A stretch of 64,000 nt of DNA, from contig CACHLW010000004.1 of NCBI GenBank assembly GCA_902580765.1, forward strand, positions 19,888 to 83,887, in the 5' to 3' direction. Under the pieces are notes generated by a model that did no database searches, was not told the DNA's origin, and saw only the letters and a list, made by a program, of their open reading frames with translations. Every line of letters begins with the position of its first letter. Position 1 is the first letter of the stretch. The translations under genes and the position numbers were made by a program. Below are positions 34,188-44,128 of the stretch, in pieces. Source of the DNA: an uncultured Alphaproteobacteria bacterium. Lineage in GTDB: Bacteria > Pseudomonadota > Alphaproteobacteria > HIMB59 > GCA-002718135.

Positions 34188-34673
34188 ATGGCTGACCTAA
34201 ATAAGTTGTTAACACCTCTCTTTTTAAATGAGGGAGAAATTAGAAAAATTATAGAGCTATTATTTTTCTCATATAGAGATTTTACAGAAGGTCCTGATAA
34301 AGTTTTGGAAAAAATAAATTTTGGTAGAGCACATCATAGAGTGATATATTTTGTTGGAAAGCAAAAAAATCTTACTATCAAAGAACTTCTTTCAATATTG
34401 AAAATAACTAAACAAAGTTTGTCTAGAGTATTGAACCAACTTGTAAACGAAAAATATATTATATTATCTGTAGGTGAAGATAAACGTACTAAGAAATTAA
34501 TACTTTCAAAAAAAGGGCAAGAATTAGAAAAAAGACTGTCTGAAATTCAAATAAAAAAAATACGTAACGTTTTATTAAAATTTAATGAAATGGATATAAA
34601 TGGTTTTAAAAAAATACTGTATGAGATGGTCGATGACAAAAATAAAGAAAAGTTTGATGAAATAAATAGATAA
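34188..34673 (+). CDS. MarR-family transcriptional regulator
   Basis: Winged-helix segment LTIKELLSILKITKQSLSRVLNQLVNEKYI, 161 aa. Confidence 0.75.
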   Translation: MADLNKLLTPLFLNEGEIRKIIELLFFSYRDFTEGPDKVLEKINFGRAHHRVIYFVGKQKNLTIKELLSILKITKQSLSRVLNQLVNEKYIILSVGEDKRTKKLILSKKGQELEKRLSEIQIKKIRNVLLKFNEMDINGFKKILYEMVDDKNKEKFDEINR

Positions 34674-34675
34674 TA

Positions 34676-35356
34676 ATGAATAAAAATATCTTGATTGTTG
34701 ACGATGATAAAAGATTGAGAGAACTTCTAAAAGATTATTTAACCGAAAAAAATTTACAAGTTTATCAAAGTGAGGATTACAATGAAGCAAAAGAAATTTT
34801 ATCTCTTGTTTTGTTTGATTTAATCATCCTTGATAGAATGATGCCAAGTGGTGATGGCATAGAGCTTGTTGAACATATAAAACAATTTTCTAATACGCCG
34901 ATAATCATGCTTACAGCAATGGGAGAGGATAAAGACAAAATTGATGGATTAAAAATTGGTGCTGATGATTATTTATCTAAACCATTTGAACCAGAAGAAT
35001 TATTTTTAAGAATTAAAAATTTACTAGATTTATTTGAAAACTTTAAAAACAAAAAAATTAAGATTTCGTTTGGAGAATTTACCTTTGATACATCTAATTT
35101 TAAATTACAAAAAAATGATAGATTAATTTATTTAACAGAAGGAGAAAATAATTTACTTTTAAAATTAATAAATAAAAGAAATGATATTGTTTTAAGAGAA
35201 GAACTAGCAGACCAGGAATTTGACGAAACTGAACTTAGAAAAGTTGATGTACAAGTTACACGTTTAAGACAAAAAATTGAAATAAATGCAAAACAACCTC
35301 AATTTATTAAAACTATTAGAGGTAAAGGATATAAATTAATTTGTAATGAAATTTAA
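34676..35356 (+). CDS. OmpR-family response regulator
   Basis: Receiver domain (ILIVDDD, DLIILDRMMP, K at LSKPF) plus a winged-helix output domain (TIRGKGYKL). Confidence 0.9.
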   Translation: MNKNILIVDDDKRLRELLKDYLTEKNLQVYQSEDYNEAKEILSLVLFDLIILDRMMPSGDGIELVEHIKQFSNTPIIMLTAMGEDKDKIDGLKIGADDYLSKPFEPEELFLRIKNLLDLFENFKNKKIKISFGEFTFDTSNFKLQKNDRLIYLTEGENNLLLKLINKRNDIVLREELADQEFDETELRKVDVQVTRLRQKIEINAKQPQFIKTIRGKGYKLICNEI

Positions 35357-36648
35357 TGATTAAAAAAATAATACCTTCTACCCTAATTGGAAGATCAATA
35401 ATTATTATCTTTGTACCTATAATTATTATAGTCCTACTTACTTCTTTTGTTTTTTATCAGACCTCATGGAGTATTATTTCTAAAAGACTAACGGAGTCTG
35501 TGGCTGCAGATATCAATGTTCTAGTAAAATTAATAAATAATGATCTTAATGATAATGCATTTAATATAGCTAGTCAGGATTTCAAAATGAAAATCAAAAT
35601 TATTAATGATAAACAATTATTGACTTCAAAATTTACGTTAAATTCAGGAATATTATCTAATAGGTTAAATCAATCCTTAAGTAATTTGAACAAAAAGTTT
35701 GATTATGATTTGTCTAATCTTGAAGAAGGTGTTTTAATATATATTCAGATTGATAATGATATTTTAGAAATTAATGTTGATAAAGACAGGCTATATAGTG
35801 AATCTGCATTTGTCTTTCTACTTTGGATGATTTTTGCTTCTATCATTCTTTTTTTTATGTCTTACTTTTTAATGAGTAGACAATTAAGACCTTTAAAAAG
35901 ACTGGCGATAATTGCTGAAACATTTGGAAGAGGTTTAGATGCTCCAGATATTAAGACTGCAGGTGCATATGAAATAAGGCAAACGGCCAATGCTTTCAAT
36001 CAGATGAGAACTAGAATTAAAAGATTTTTAAAGCAAAGAACAGAAATGCTAGCTGGTGTTAGCCATGATCTTAGAACTCCTTTAACAAGAATGAAATTGC
36101 AAATTTCATTGATGAAAGATGAGAAAGCAAAATCTGAACTAGAAGTAGATGTTAATGAAATGACTTCAATGTTGGATAGTTATGTTAGTTTTGTAAAAAC
36201 GGAATCACCTGAACCAATAGAAACAATTGTAATAAATGAATTAATTGGTGATATTGTTAAAACTGTTGAAAGAAATGGTGTTGAGTTAACTATTAAAGAG
36301 AAAAATACTATTCAAACTTCTGGTAGACAGATCCAACTTAAAAGAGCTTTCAATAACATAATTGATAATTCAAAAAGATATGCAAAACAAATTGAAATAA
36401 TTCTTTATACAAATGAAAAAGACTGTGTAATTGAATTTAACGATAATGGTGAAGGTATACCAAGAGATAAATATGAAGATGTTTTTAAACCATTTTTTAC
36501 TTTAGATCCCTCCAGGAACAAGCTTAAAGGAGAAAGTGGTTTAGGATTAACTATTACTAGGGATATTATTAGATCACATGGAGGTGACGTTAAATTATCT
36601 GAGTCAAATCTAGGAGGTCTTCAGCTTAAAGTTTTACTTCCTCTTTGA
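35356..36648 (+). CDS. Sensor histidine kinase (EnvZ-like)
   Basis: Two TM segments, HAMP, H-box AGVSHDLRTPLT, N/G boxes (DNSKRYA, DNGEGIP, GLGLTI). Its start overlaps the regulator stop by 1 nt. Confidence 0.9.
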   Translation: MIKKIIPSTLIGRSIIIIFVPIIIIVLLTSFVFYQTSWSIISKRLTESVAADINVLVKLINNDLNDNAFNIASQDFKMKIKIINDKQLLTSKFTLNSGILSNRLNQSLSNLNKKFDYDLSNLEEGVLIYIQIDNDILEINVDKDRLYSESAFVFLLWMIFASIILFFMSYFLMSRQLRPLKRLAIIAETFGRGLDAPDIKTAGAYEIRQTANAFNQMRTRIKRFLKQRTEMLAGVSHDLRTPLTRMKLQISLMKDEKAKSELEVDVNEMTSMLDSYVSFVKTESPEPIETIVINELIGDIVKTVERNGVELTIKEKNTIQTSGRQIQLKRAFNNIIDNSKRYAKQIEIILYTNEKDCVIEFNDNGEGIPRDKYEDVFKPFFTLDPSRNKLKGESGLGLTITRDIIRSHGGDVKLSESNLGGLQLKVLLPL

Positions 36649-36650
36649 TT

Positions 36651-36998
36651 TTAAAATAATTTACCACCATTATTTACCAGTTTATCTGGAGATAATAAAA
36701 CTGGTTCATTTTCTAAATCTGGCACACCAAGAACTAATACTTCTGAAATAATTTTACCAATTTGTTTAGGTTCAAAATTTACGACAGCAATAACTTGCTT
36801 ATTGATTAATTCATCACTTTTATAATATTTTCGTAATTGTGCAGAAGTCTTTTTTATACCAATTTTTTCACCAAAATCTATTTTCAAAATTATGGATGGT
36901 TTTTTAAGTTCATTATATTCATATGCTTTAATTACTGTTCCTATTCTTATATCAACATTTTCAAATTCTTTGTAATTTATAAAATTTTGAGAGCTCAT
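36651..36998 (-). CDS. tRNA-binding domain protein (CsaA/EMAP-like)
   Basis: 115 aa. ILKIDFGE...KKTSAQL...INKQVIAVVNFEPKQIG pattern of CsaA-type OB folds. Confidence 0.7.
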   Translation of the reverse strand: MSSQNFINYKEFENVDIRIGTVIKAYEYNELKKPSIILKIDFGEKIGIKKTSAQLRKYYKSDELINKQVIAVVNFEPKQIGKIISEVLVLGVPDLENEPVLLSPDKLVNNGGKLF

Positions 36999-37531
36999 GA
37001 AAATTTAATAACTTTTTCAATAGTGTTTAAATATTTATCTAAAACACTCATTGTTTTTTCTAAACTTTCATTTTCATCATTATACCATGTAAATAGGGTT
37101 AGATAATAAAGAGCAAAAATAATTTTTATTTTTATAAGACCCTGAATACCACTAGGCTTAATATTTGCAAAAGTCGCAATTAAAATTTTGCTCTCAATTA
37201 ATTTGGGAATAAGTTTTAATACTCCTTGTGGTCTAGACATAAAATGATTGATTATATTTTTTACAGAAGTTCTATATTTATTCAATATATCATAACGTGC
37301 CATCATAATTTCAAATAACATATCTCTTTGTGAAGACTTTTCTATATTAACAAGATTTTTTTTTAATTGAAAATCAAAGAAGTCATTTATATTTATGATT
37401 AAATCAATTTTATTATTCATATTTGGCACTTTAGTATTAGATAAAAAATTTTTGATATTAATGTCTCTTAATTTTTTTTTCTCTAAATATTGTAATGTTT
37501 TTTTTGCTAAAGATATTTTATTTTGATTCAC
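36995..37531 (-). CDS. Hypothetical protein, possibly COQ9-family (TetR-like fold)
   Basis: 178 aa. The weak C-terminal pattern LFTWYNDENESLEKTMSVLDKYL resembles COQ9-type proteins. The call rests on context and is low confidence. Confidence 0.35.
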   Translation of the reverse strand: MNQNKISLAKKTLQYLEKKKLRDINIKNFLSNTKVPNMNNKIDLIININDFFDFQLKKNLVNIEKSSQRDMLFEIMMARYDILNKYRTSVKNIINHFMSRPQGVLKLIPKLIESKILIATFANIKPSGIQGLIKIKIIFALYYLTLFTWYNDENESLEKTMSVLDKYLNTIEKVIKFS

Positions 37532-38343
37532 TTACTTTCACCTTGTTGTTTTGCTCTTGTGTATGCTGCCTTAAAAACTTGATTAAAAATATTATCAACC
37601 TTATTTATTTTCATTTTCTTGATCCCTGCTTCGGTTGTACCTCCTCTAGTTGCAACAGTTTCAACCATTTTTTCAGCAGAAACATTATTTGAGTTTAATA
37701 GATTTAAAGAACCTCTAAAAGTTTCATTAATTAAAATTTTAGCTGTATTTTTAGAAAAACCTAAATTAATTGCAGATTTTTCCATAATATCAATTAACTG
37801 AAATATAAAACCAGGACCACTTCCTGATACAGCGGTTGCCTTGTCTATGAAAGTTTCACTATTAAAAAAAAGAGTTTTGCCACTTAGAGAGAATAATTGA
37901 TCAATTTCTTTAATTTCTTTTTTATTAATAGATTTATTTGTATAAATGCAATGAACACCCTCTCCTATTAAAGCAGGCATATTTGGCATTACTCTTACAA
38001 TTTTATTAATATTTAATAAATTTTTAGTAAAAATTTCTGTTTTTTTGCCAGCTATTACACTTATTGCTATAGATTTTTTATGAAAATTTGCATTTTTTAA
38101 TTCTTTAAAGACATTTGTTAATTCAAGAGGTCGAGTTGCAAATATTATATAATCAAGATTATTTTGATTATTTATATTATCAATTGATTTAAAAAATTTT
38201 ATTTTCTTATTTCTATTTCTTTTTTTAAGAATTGCATATTTTTTTTTATCTATAACACTGATGTTGTAATTCTTAGATTTTGACCATCCAGACATTAAAG
38301 ATCCCCCCATATGACCACATCCAATTAATAAAATATTTTTCAT
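37528..38343 (-). CDS. proC: Pyrroline-5-carboxylate reductase
   Basis: N-terminal GCGHMGGSL Rossmann motif and the C-terminal VATRGGTTEAG signature. Confidence 0.9.
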   Translation of the reverse strand: MKNILLIGCGHMGGSLMSGWSKSKNYNISVIDKKKYAILKKRNRNKKIKFFKSIDNINNQNNLDYIIFATRPLELTNVFKELKNANFHKKSIAISVIAGKKTEIFTKNLLNINKIVRVMPNMPALIGEGVHCIYTNKSINKKEIKEIDQLFSLSGKTLFFNSETFIDKATAVSGSGPGFIFQLIDIMEKSAINLGFSKNTAKILINETFRGSLNLLNSNNVSAEKMVETVATRGGTTEAGIKKMKINKVDNIFNQVFKAAYTRAKQQGESK

Positions 38344-38375
38344 CTAGCTATAATATAGCAGTTTTATAATAAAAA

Positions 38376-38864
38376 TTAAGCTCTACCAATAACTTCAAAA
38401 TTAGAAAATTTTATAGCTTCTTTAGGTGGAATATCGTCAAAGAGAACTTGCTGGAAACTTGGATAAAATTTTTCACATTCATAAATTCCAATATCAACAA
38501 GATCTTCAAATTTTTTGTGCAATGTTTCTGTTGAATTATTTGATAATAAAGTATGTCTAAAAGCTGGGATACCATTTTTACTTGTTATATCAAAATGCCC
38601 AATCCATAAGTTCTCATTTATAAGGCCAAGTAGTTCATAAGCCTTATTGAGTTTAGTTTCAGGAAACTTAATATCAAAAGTTATTGAAAAACTTAGCGCA
38701 TTAATATTTTCAGACCATGTGAAATATAATCTGTAAGCACACCAATGGGATGCTATCTCAGCAACTAACTCATGGTCAGCAGCCCTGCTAAAATTCCATT
38801 TTTTTTGATGAATAACATCTTCAATTATATCTATGGGATTTAACAATATATTCTCATTTTCCAT
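38376..38864 (-). CDS. YbjN-domain protein
   Basis: 162 aa. W..HFDI...G.P.FRHTLL pattern. In alphaproteobacteria a YbjN-domain gene upstream of proC is a conserved arrangement, as I remember it. Confidence 0.6.
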   Translation of the reverse strand: MENENILLNPIDIIEDVIHQKKWNFSRAADHELVAEIASHWCAYRLYFTWSENINALSFSITFDIKFPETKLNKAYELLGLINENLWIGHFDITSKNGIPAFRHTLLSNNSTETLHKKFEDLVDIGIYECEKFYPSFQQVLFDDIPPKEAIKFSNFEVIGRA

Positions 38865-38972
38865 ACACTATATAGTCATGGCACATATAATAAGTACTAT
38901 ATATTGATTACTAGATTGGACTCGTATTTTGCAAGGAAAAATCTATAAAAAATGTGAATTAATTGAGGATTC

Positions 38973-39263
38973 CTACCTTTTTGATTTCTTTTTAATAGTT
39001 TTTTTCTTTTTAACTGTTTTTTTCTTGGATTTAACTGATCTTGAAGATGTCTTTTTTAATTTTTCATTTTCCATCATTACTTTTTGCACCATTTTTTTCA
39101 GCGCATCAAATTCATCTTTTTTAACAAGATTCATTTTTTTTATTATTTTGTTAACTCGTAAAGATACAATTGTTTCAATCTCTTCTTTAACACCTGAAAA
39201 AGTGCTCATAGCATCAACTGCGAATTTTGATAAATCGGAAAGTATTTTGTTTCTATCAACCAT
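38973..39263 (-). CDS. UbiK/BMFP-family accessory factor with a polybasic C-terminal tail
   Basis: 96 aa with a coiled-coil core (NLVKKDEFDALKKMVQKVMMENEKLKK). It sits upstream of lgt on the opposite strand, as in other alphaproteobacteria. The plus-strand ORF 38929-39270 is its mirror image. Confidence 0.6.
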   Translation of the reverse strand: MVDRNKILSDLSKFAVDAMSTFSGVKEEIETIVSLRVNKIIKKMNLVKKDEFDALKKMVQKVMMENEKLKKTSSRSVKSKKKTVKKKKTIKKKSKR

Positions 39264-39286
39264 GTTATAATATTAAATATAGATAA

Positions 39287-40078
39287 ATGAATTTTATTCA
39301 ACCATCAATAGATCCTGTAATCTTATCAATCGGTTTTATTGAGATAAGATGGTACAGTTTAGCATATATCTTGGGATTCCTATTAGGGATTTATATTATT
39401 AAAAGATTAAACAAAATTTATGGAAATCAATACAATAATAAAGAAATAGATAGCTTTCTTATTTGGTCAGTATTAGGTGTGATTATCGGAGGACGAACTG
39501 GTTATGTTATTTTTTATCAACTTAATGAATTTTTGACTAATCCTTTTTATCTATTTGAAATTTGGAATGGAGGAATGTCATTTCATGGTGGGTTGATGGG
39601 CATAATAATAAGTACTTTAATTTTTGCAAAAATTAATAGCAAAAGTTTTTTCTACCTATCTGATTTAGTTTCAATCGTTGCTCCTATTGGATTATTCTTA
39701 GGGAGAATTGCAAACTTTATTAATACAGAACTAATAGGTAGACCAACTGATTTTTATATTTCAGTTATTTATCCATCAATAGATAATATACCAAGGCATC
39801 CTTCTCAAATATATGAAGCTTTTCTCGAAGGAATTATTTTATTTCTAATATTATTAATCTATTTTTATAATATAAAAAAATACAAAATTTATGGAGTAAT
39901 TAGTGGTCTATTTTTAGTATTTTATTCCATATTTAGATTTATAATTGAATACGTCAGAGAACCAGATTTGCACCTAGGATTATTTTTTAATTTTATTTCA
40001 ATGGGTCAAATACTATGTATACCTTTTTTTATTTTTGGAATATTGATAATTATAAATGTTAAGCAAAAGAAAAATTAA
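39287..40078 (+). CDS. lgt: Prolipoprotein diacylglyceryl transferase
   Basis: IRWYSLAYILGF, GGRTGYV, GGMSFHGG and GRIANFINTELIGRP motifs. Confidence 0.95.
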   Translation: MNFIQPSIDPVILSIGFIEIRWYSLAYILGFLLGIYIIKRLNKIYGNQYNNKEIDSFLIWSVLGVIIGGRTGYVIFYQLNEFLTNPFYLFEIWNGGMSFHGGLMGIIISTLIFAKINSKSFFYLSDLVSIVAPIGLFLGRIANFINTELIGRPTDFYISVIYPSIDNIPRHPSQIYEAFLEGIILFLILLIYFYNIKKYKIYGVISGLFLVFYSIFRFIIEYVREPDLHLGLFFNFISMGQILCIPFFIFGILIIINVKQKKN

Positions 40079-41108
40079 TAAAGTAAAACTTCTTAACAAT
40101 AAAAAAAATTTTCGTTTAGATAAATTTATAGAAACGGCTCTTTTCGCAAGTAATGGTTATTACCTAAGAAAAAAACCTATAGGAAGAAAATTTGACTTTG
40201 TTACATCTCCAGAAATTTCACAAATGTTTGGAGAAATTATTGGTGTGTATTTAGTTTATCATTGGAAAGAAAAAATTAATTCAAAATTTAATTTAATTGA
40301 ATTAGGACCAGGGAATGGAACCTTATTTAAAGATATTGAAAGAACTGCAAAAATACTTCCTAACTTTTTCGAAAATGCTAATGTTAATTTAATAGAAATA
40401 AATAAAGAATTAAGAAAAATACAAGAGAAAAATTTAAATTATTTTAAGCAATCAAAAATTAGATGGTCAAAAGCTTTAAATTTCACATCTAAACTGCCTT
40501 CAATAATATATTCAAATGAATTTTTTGACTGCTTTCCTGTAAGGCAATTTTTAAATAATAATAAAAATTGGTTTGAAAGATATGTGAAATTTAATGAAAA
40601 GGAAAATAAATATTATTCTATAAATAAACGAGTAATTAGTGAAAAAATATTAGATTATTTAAATAAATACAAAAGACAAAAAATTTATGAAGTTTCTTTT
40701 TCAAGAAATAAATATTTCGAGCAAATTTGCAAATATCTAAAAAAAAATAGAGGTATATGTATTTTAATCGATTATGGATATAATAAAAAATTAAAAAGCT
40801 TTACGTTACAAGCAATATATAATCATAAAAAAACCAGTATATTTGAAAATATAGGGCAACAAGACATTTCAAGTCATGTAAATTTCAATGAATTAATTGA
40901 AATAGCAAAACAAAACAAATTACAAATCAACGAATTTGTTACACAAAGAGATTTTTTATTAAAATATGGAATACTAGAACGAAAGAAAAAATTGCTAACT
41001 AAAAATTCAAATTTAAATAAAAATTTATTAGATGAAGAAGTAGATAGATTAATTAATGTTGATAGGATGGGAAAATTATTTAAATTTCTTGTTGTTTCTA
41101 ACCTATGA
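40056..41108 (+). CDS. SAM-dependent methyltransferase, DUF185/NDUFAF7-like
   Basis: DFVTSPEISQMFGE and ELGPGNGTL motifs. The lgt-DUF185-pgeF order is conserved in alphaproteobacteria. It overlaps lgt by 23 nt. Confidence 0.8.
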   Translation: MLSKRKINKVKLLNNKKNFRLDKFIETALFASNGYYLRKKPIGRKFDFVTSPEISQMFGEIIGVYLVYHWKEKINSKFNLIELGPGNGTLFKDIERTAKILPNFFENANVNLIEINKELRKIQEKNLNYFKQSKIRWSKALNFTSKLPSIIYSNEFFDCFPVRQFLNNNKNWFERYVKFNEKENKYYSINKRVISEKILDYLNKYKRQKIYEVSFSRNKYFEQICKYLKKNRGICILIDYGYNKKLKSFTLQAIYNHKKTSIFENIGQQDISSHVNFNELIEIAKQNKLQINEFVTQRDFLLKYGILERKKKLLTKNSNLNKNLLDEEVDRLINVDRMGKLFKFLVVSNL

Positions 41109-41869
41109 TAATTAAAAATTATTTTACACATGCAAAAATTAAGTCTTTTGTTAAAGTTGGTTTTTTTACTAGAAATGGTGGAGTATCAAAAAAAGAAAAC
41201 TATTCATTGAACTGTAGCTTAAATAGCAAAGATACAAAGGTAAATGTAAATAAAAATATTGATATCTGTCTTAAAAATTTAAAGATTAAAAAAAAAATTA
41301 AATTTATTAGTCAAATACACTCCAACAAGATTGTAGAAATTAATAAAAAAAATATAGGTAATAAATATTCTGGAGATGGATTAATCACAAGCAATAAGCA
41401 AATAGCTTTAGGAGTTTTAACTGCAGATTGCTGTCCAATTTTTATTTTTGATAAAAATAAAAAATATATTTGCGCTCTTCATTCCGGTTGGAAAGGGGCA
41501 TTAAAAAATATAGCTGCTAAAGGTATAGAATATTTTGTTAAACAAAAAATAATTAAAAAAAATATTGTGGTTCTTATTGGTCCCTGTTTGAGCTTTAAAA
41601 ACTTTGAAGTATCAAAAAACTTTAAAAATAAGTTTATAAGCAAAAATAAAAAATACTCTATTTTTTTCAAATACAAAAATAAAGACAAAGATTTATTTAA
41701 TTTAAGAAGATTGATTAACTATCAATTCAAGGAATTGGGGATTAAAAATATATATAATATTAACAAAGATACCTTCTCAAATAAGAAAGTTTTTTTTAGC
41801 CATCGAAGGGAATCACAAAAATTTAGAGATACTGGAAGAATGCTCAATATCATTGCATTTAATGATTAA
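41105..41869 (+). CDS. pgeF: Peptidoglycan editing factor PgeF (YfiH/DUF152 family)
   Basis: LTADCCPIF and HSGWKG motifs, 254 aa. Confidence 0.85.
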   Translation: MIIKNYFTHAKIKSFVKVGFFTRNGGVSKKENYSLNCSLNSKDTKVNVNKNIDICLKNLKIKKKIKFISQIHSNKIVEINKKNIGNKYSGDGLITSNKQIALGVLTADCCPIFIFDKNKKYICALHSGWKGALKNIAAKGIEYFVKQKIIKKNIVVLIGPCLSFKNFEVSKNFKNKFISKNKKYSIFFKYKNKDKDLFNLRRLINYQFKELGIKNIYNINKDTFSNKKVFFSHRRESQKFRDTGRMLNIIAFND

Positions 41870-41916
41870 TTTTAGTTGATCTATTATTATTCTAATATAG
41901 TAATTAAATTGATTAT

Positions 41917-42852
41917 ATGAAAATAATCGCCTGTAATAGTAGCAAATCCCTAGCAGAAAAAATTTCTAAACATATTGATGTTCCATTGGCAGATGCCTCT
42001 GTTAGAACTTTTAATGATAGAGAAATATTTGTAGAAATAAATGAAAATATTAGAGGTGAAGATGTGTTTATTATTCAATCGACATCACATCCGGCTAATG
42101 ACCATTTGATGGAACTTTTAATTACAATAGATGCTGCAAGGAGGGGATCAGCAAAAAGGATTACTGCTGTTATCCCATATTATGGATATGCAAGACAAGA
42201 TAGAAAGACTGGACCTAGAACACCAATCACTGCCAAACTTGTAGCAAATTTAATTACATCCGCGGGTGCTGATAGGGTATTAACAATGGATTTACATGCT
42301 GGTCAAATTCAAGGTTTTTTTGACATTCCTTTAGATAATATTTTTTCTGTAAGACCGATAATTGATGATGTTAAAGAAAGATTTAATGGAAACAAAGATT
42401 TAGTTGTTGCTTCACCTGATGTTGGTGGTGTTGTTAGAGCCAGAGCTTTTGCTAAAAGATTAGAGGCTGGACTGGCAATTGCCGATAAAAGAAGAGAAAA
42501 AGCTGGTGAGTCTGAAGTAATGAATATCATCGGAGATGTAAAAGATAAAACTTGTATCTTACTAGATGACATAGCTGACTCTGCAGGCACGTTATGCAAC
42601 GCTGCTGAAGCTCTGAGTAAAAATGGGGCTAAAGAAATTTATTCTTATATTGTTCACGGTGTATTATCTGGAGATGCGCTAAAAAAGATTGAAAATTCAA
42701 GCATAAAAGAATTGGTATTAACAGATACAATAGAGCCTTCTAAAGAGGTAAAAAGCACAAAAAACATTAGACATATTAGTATTGCTCCTTTAATGGGTGA
42801 TGCGATAAAAAGGATTAACACTGATACCTCAGTGTCCGCCCTTTTTGATTAA
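41917..42852 (+). CDS. prs: Ribose-phosphate pyrophosphokinase
   Basis: [21 protein letters not shown] and the PRPP loop [12 protein letters not shown]. Confidence 0.95.
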   Translation: MKIIACNSSKSLAEKISKHIDVPLADASVRTFNDREIFVEINENIRGEDVFIIQSTSHPANDHLMELLITIDAARRGSAKRITAVIPYYGYARQDRKTGPRTPITAKLVANLITSAGADRVLTMDLHAGQIQGFFDIPLDNIFSVRPIIDDVKERFNGNKDLVVASPDVGGVVRARAFAKRLEAGLAIADKRREKAGESEVMNIIGDVKDKTCILLDDIADSAGTLCNAAEALSKNGAKEIYSYIVHGVLSGDALKKIENSSIKELVLTDTIEPSKEVKSTKNIRHISIAPLMGDAIKRINTDTSVSALFD

Positions 42853-42866
42853 ATTTTTTTTATTTT

Positions 42867-43544
42867 ATGAGTGATTTTAAAGCGATAGAAAGAAATAAAG
42901 ATATTGGTTCAAATCATAGTCTTTTAATGAAGGGATTAGTCCCTGGTATTATTTATGGCAAGGGAACTGAGCCTAAAAAAATTGCTCTAGAAGATAAAAT
43001 ACTCAAAAAATTAATGGGTACTGGTTCTTTTTATTCAACAATTATCGATCTTGATGTCGATGGAAAGAAAGAAAAAATACTTCCTAAACAGTTGCAATAT
43101 CACCCTGTTAGTGATCGACTTATGCATTTTGATTTTTTAAGAGTACAAGAAAATACAAAAGTAAACGTTGAAATTCCTGTTGAATTTTTAAATCAAGATA
43201 AATGTCCAGGTTTGAAAAAAGGTGGAGTTTTAAATACTGTTAGAAGACTTGTTGAACTAACATGTAATGCAAATAATATACCTAGCAAACTAGAATTTGA
43301 TTTAATTGAAAGTGAAATAGGTGATGCAGTAAAAATTAGTAATATTCAACTACCTGAGGGAGTTGCTCCTACTATTTCAGATAGAGATTTCGTAGTAGCT
43401 ACTTTGGTGCCTCCAACTGTAGAAGTTGAAACTAAAGCTGAAGAAACAACTGAAGAAGGTGCAGCAGAAGGTGGTGAAGAGAAATCAGAGGAAAAGAAGG
43501 AAGAATCTTCTGATAATAAAGAAGAAAATAAAGAATCTAAGTAA
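42867..43544 (+). CDS. rplY: 50S ribosomal protein L25 / general stress protein Ctc
   Basis: Long-form L25 with an acidic/lysine-rich C-terminal tail. It is followed by pth and ychF, the conserved order. Confidence 0.9.
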   Translation: MSDFKAIERNKDIGSNHSLLMKGLVPGIIYGKGTEPKKIALEDKILKKLMGTGSFYSTIIDLDVDGKKEKILPKQLQYHPVSDRLMHFDFLRVQENTKVNVEIPVEFLNQDKCPGLKKGGVLNTVRRLVELTCNANNIPSKLEFDLIESEIGDAVKISNIQLPEGVAPTISDRDFVVATLVPPTVEVETKAEETTEEGAAEGGEEKSEEKKEESSDNKEENKESK

Positions 43545-43565
43545 CTTTACTTTATATTTCATTAT

Positions 43566-44126
43566 ATGTTTTTAATTTGTGGACTTGGAAACCCAGGTGT
43601 AAATTATAATAATACCAGACATAATGTAGGTTTCCATTTAGCGGATAATATAATCTTACATTTTAATATGGATAAAATCAAAGAAGATAAAAAAAAAGAA
43701 TTATATTCAGGTGTAATTAATAATCAAAAAATCTTTGTATTAAAACCTCTTACATTCATGAATTTATCTGGAAAAGCTGTTTCAGAAATTGTGAATTTTT
43801 ATAAAATAAAATTAGACCATACTTTTGTTATACATGATGACCTTGATTTAGAATTATCAAAAGTAAAAATAAAACAAGGTGGTGGAAACGGAGGTCATAA
43901 TGGATTGGAAAGTATTGACCAATTTATAGGAGAAAATTATTTTAGAATACGCATTGGAATTGATCATCCTGGGCATAAAGATTTAGTTTCAAGTTATGTT
44001 TTAAATAAATTTTCAAAATCAGAAGAAGAAATAATAAATATAAAAATTGATAAAATGGTTAAAAATATAGAATTAATATTTTCAGATATTGCTCTATTTT
44101 TAACAAAAATAAGTGAGCAAAATTAA
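43566..44126 (+). CDS. pth: Peptidyl-tRNA hydrolase
   Basis: GLGNPG...TRHNVGF, HDDLDL and GGHNGL motifs. Confidence 0.95.
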   Translation: MFLICGLGNPGVNYNNTRHNVGFHLADNIILHFNMDKIKEDKKKELYSGVINNQKIFVLKPLTFMNLSGKAVSEIVNFYKIKLDHTFVIHDDLDLELSKVKIKQGGGNGGHNGLESIDQFIGENYFRIRIGIDHPGHKDLVSSYVLNKFSKSEEEIINIKIDKMVKNIELIFSDIALFLTKISEQN

Positions 44127-44128
44127 TT

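Noticed and set aside
36837-37106. 89-aa plus-strand ORF and similar antisense ORFs (37495-37692, 37619-37801, 40874-41131, 41479-41688, 42309-42599, 59735-59995, 60899-61186)
   Set aside because: Each is nested antisense in a CDS with clear family motifs. This is typical AT-rich shadow-ORF behaviour.
38929-39270. 113-aa plus-strand ORF
   Set aside because: It is the antisense image of the UbiK-like gene. Its Phe/Leu-rich translation comes from reading the Lys/Glu-rich AAR/GAR codons backwards.
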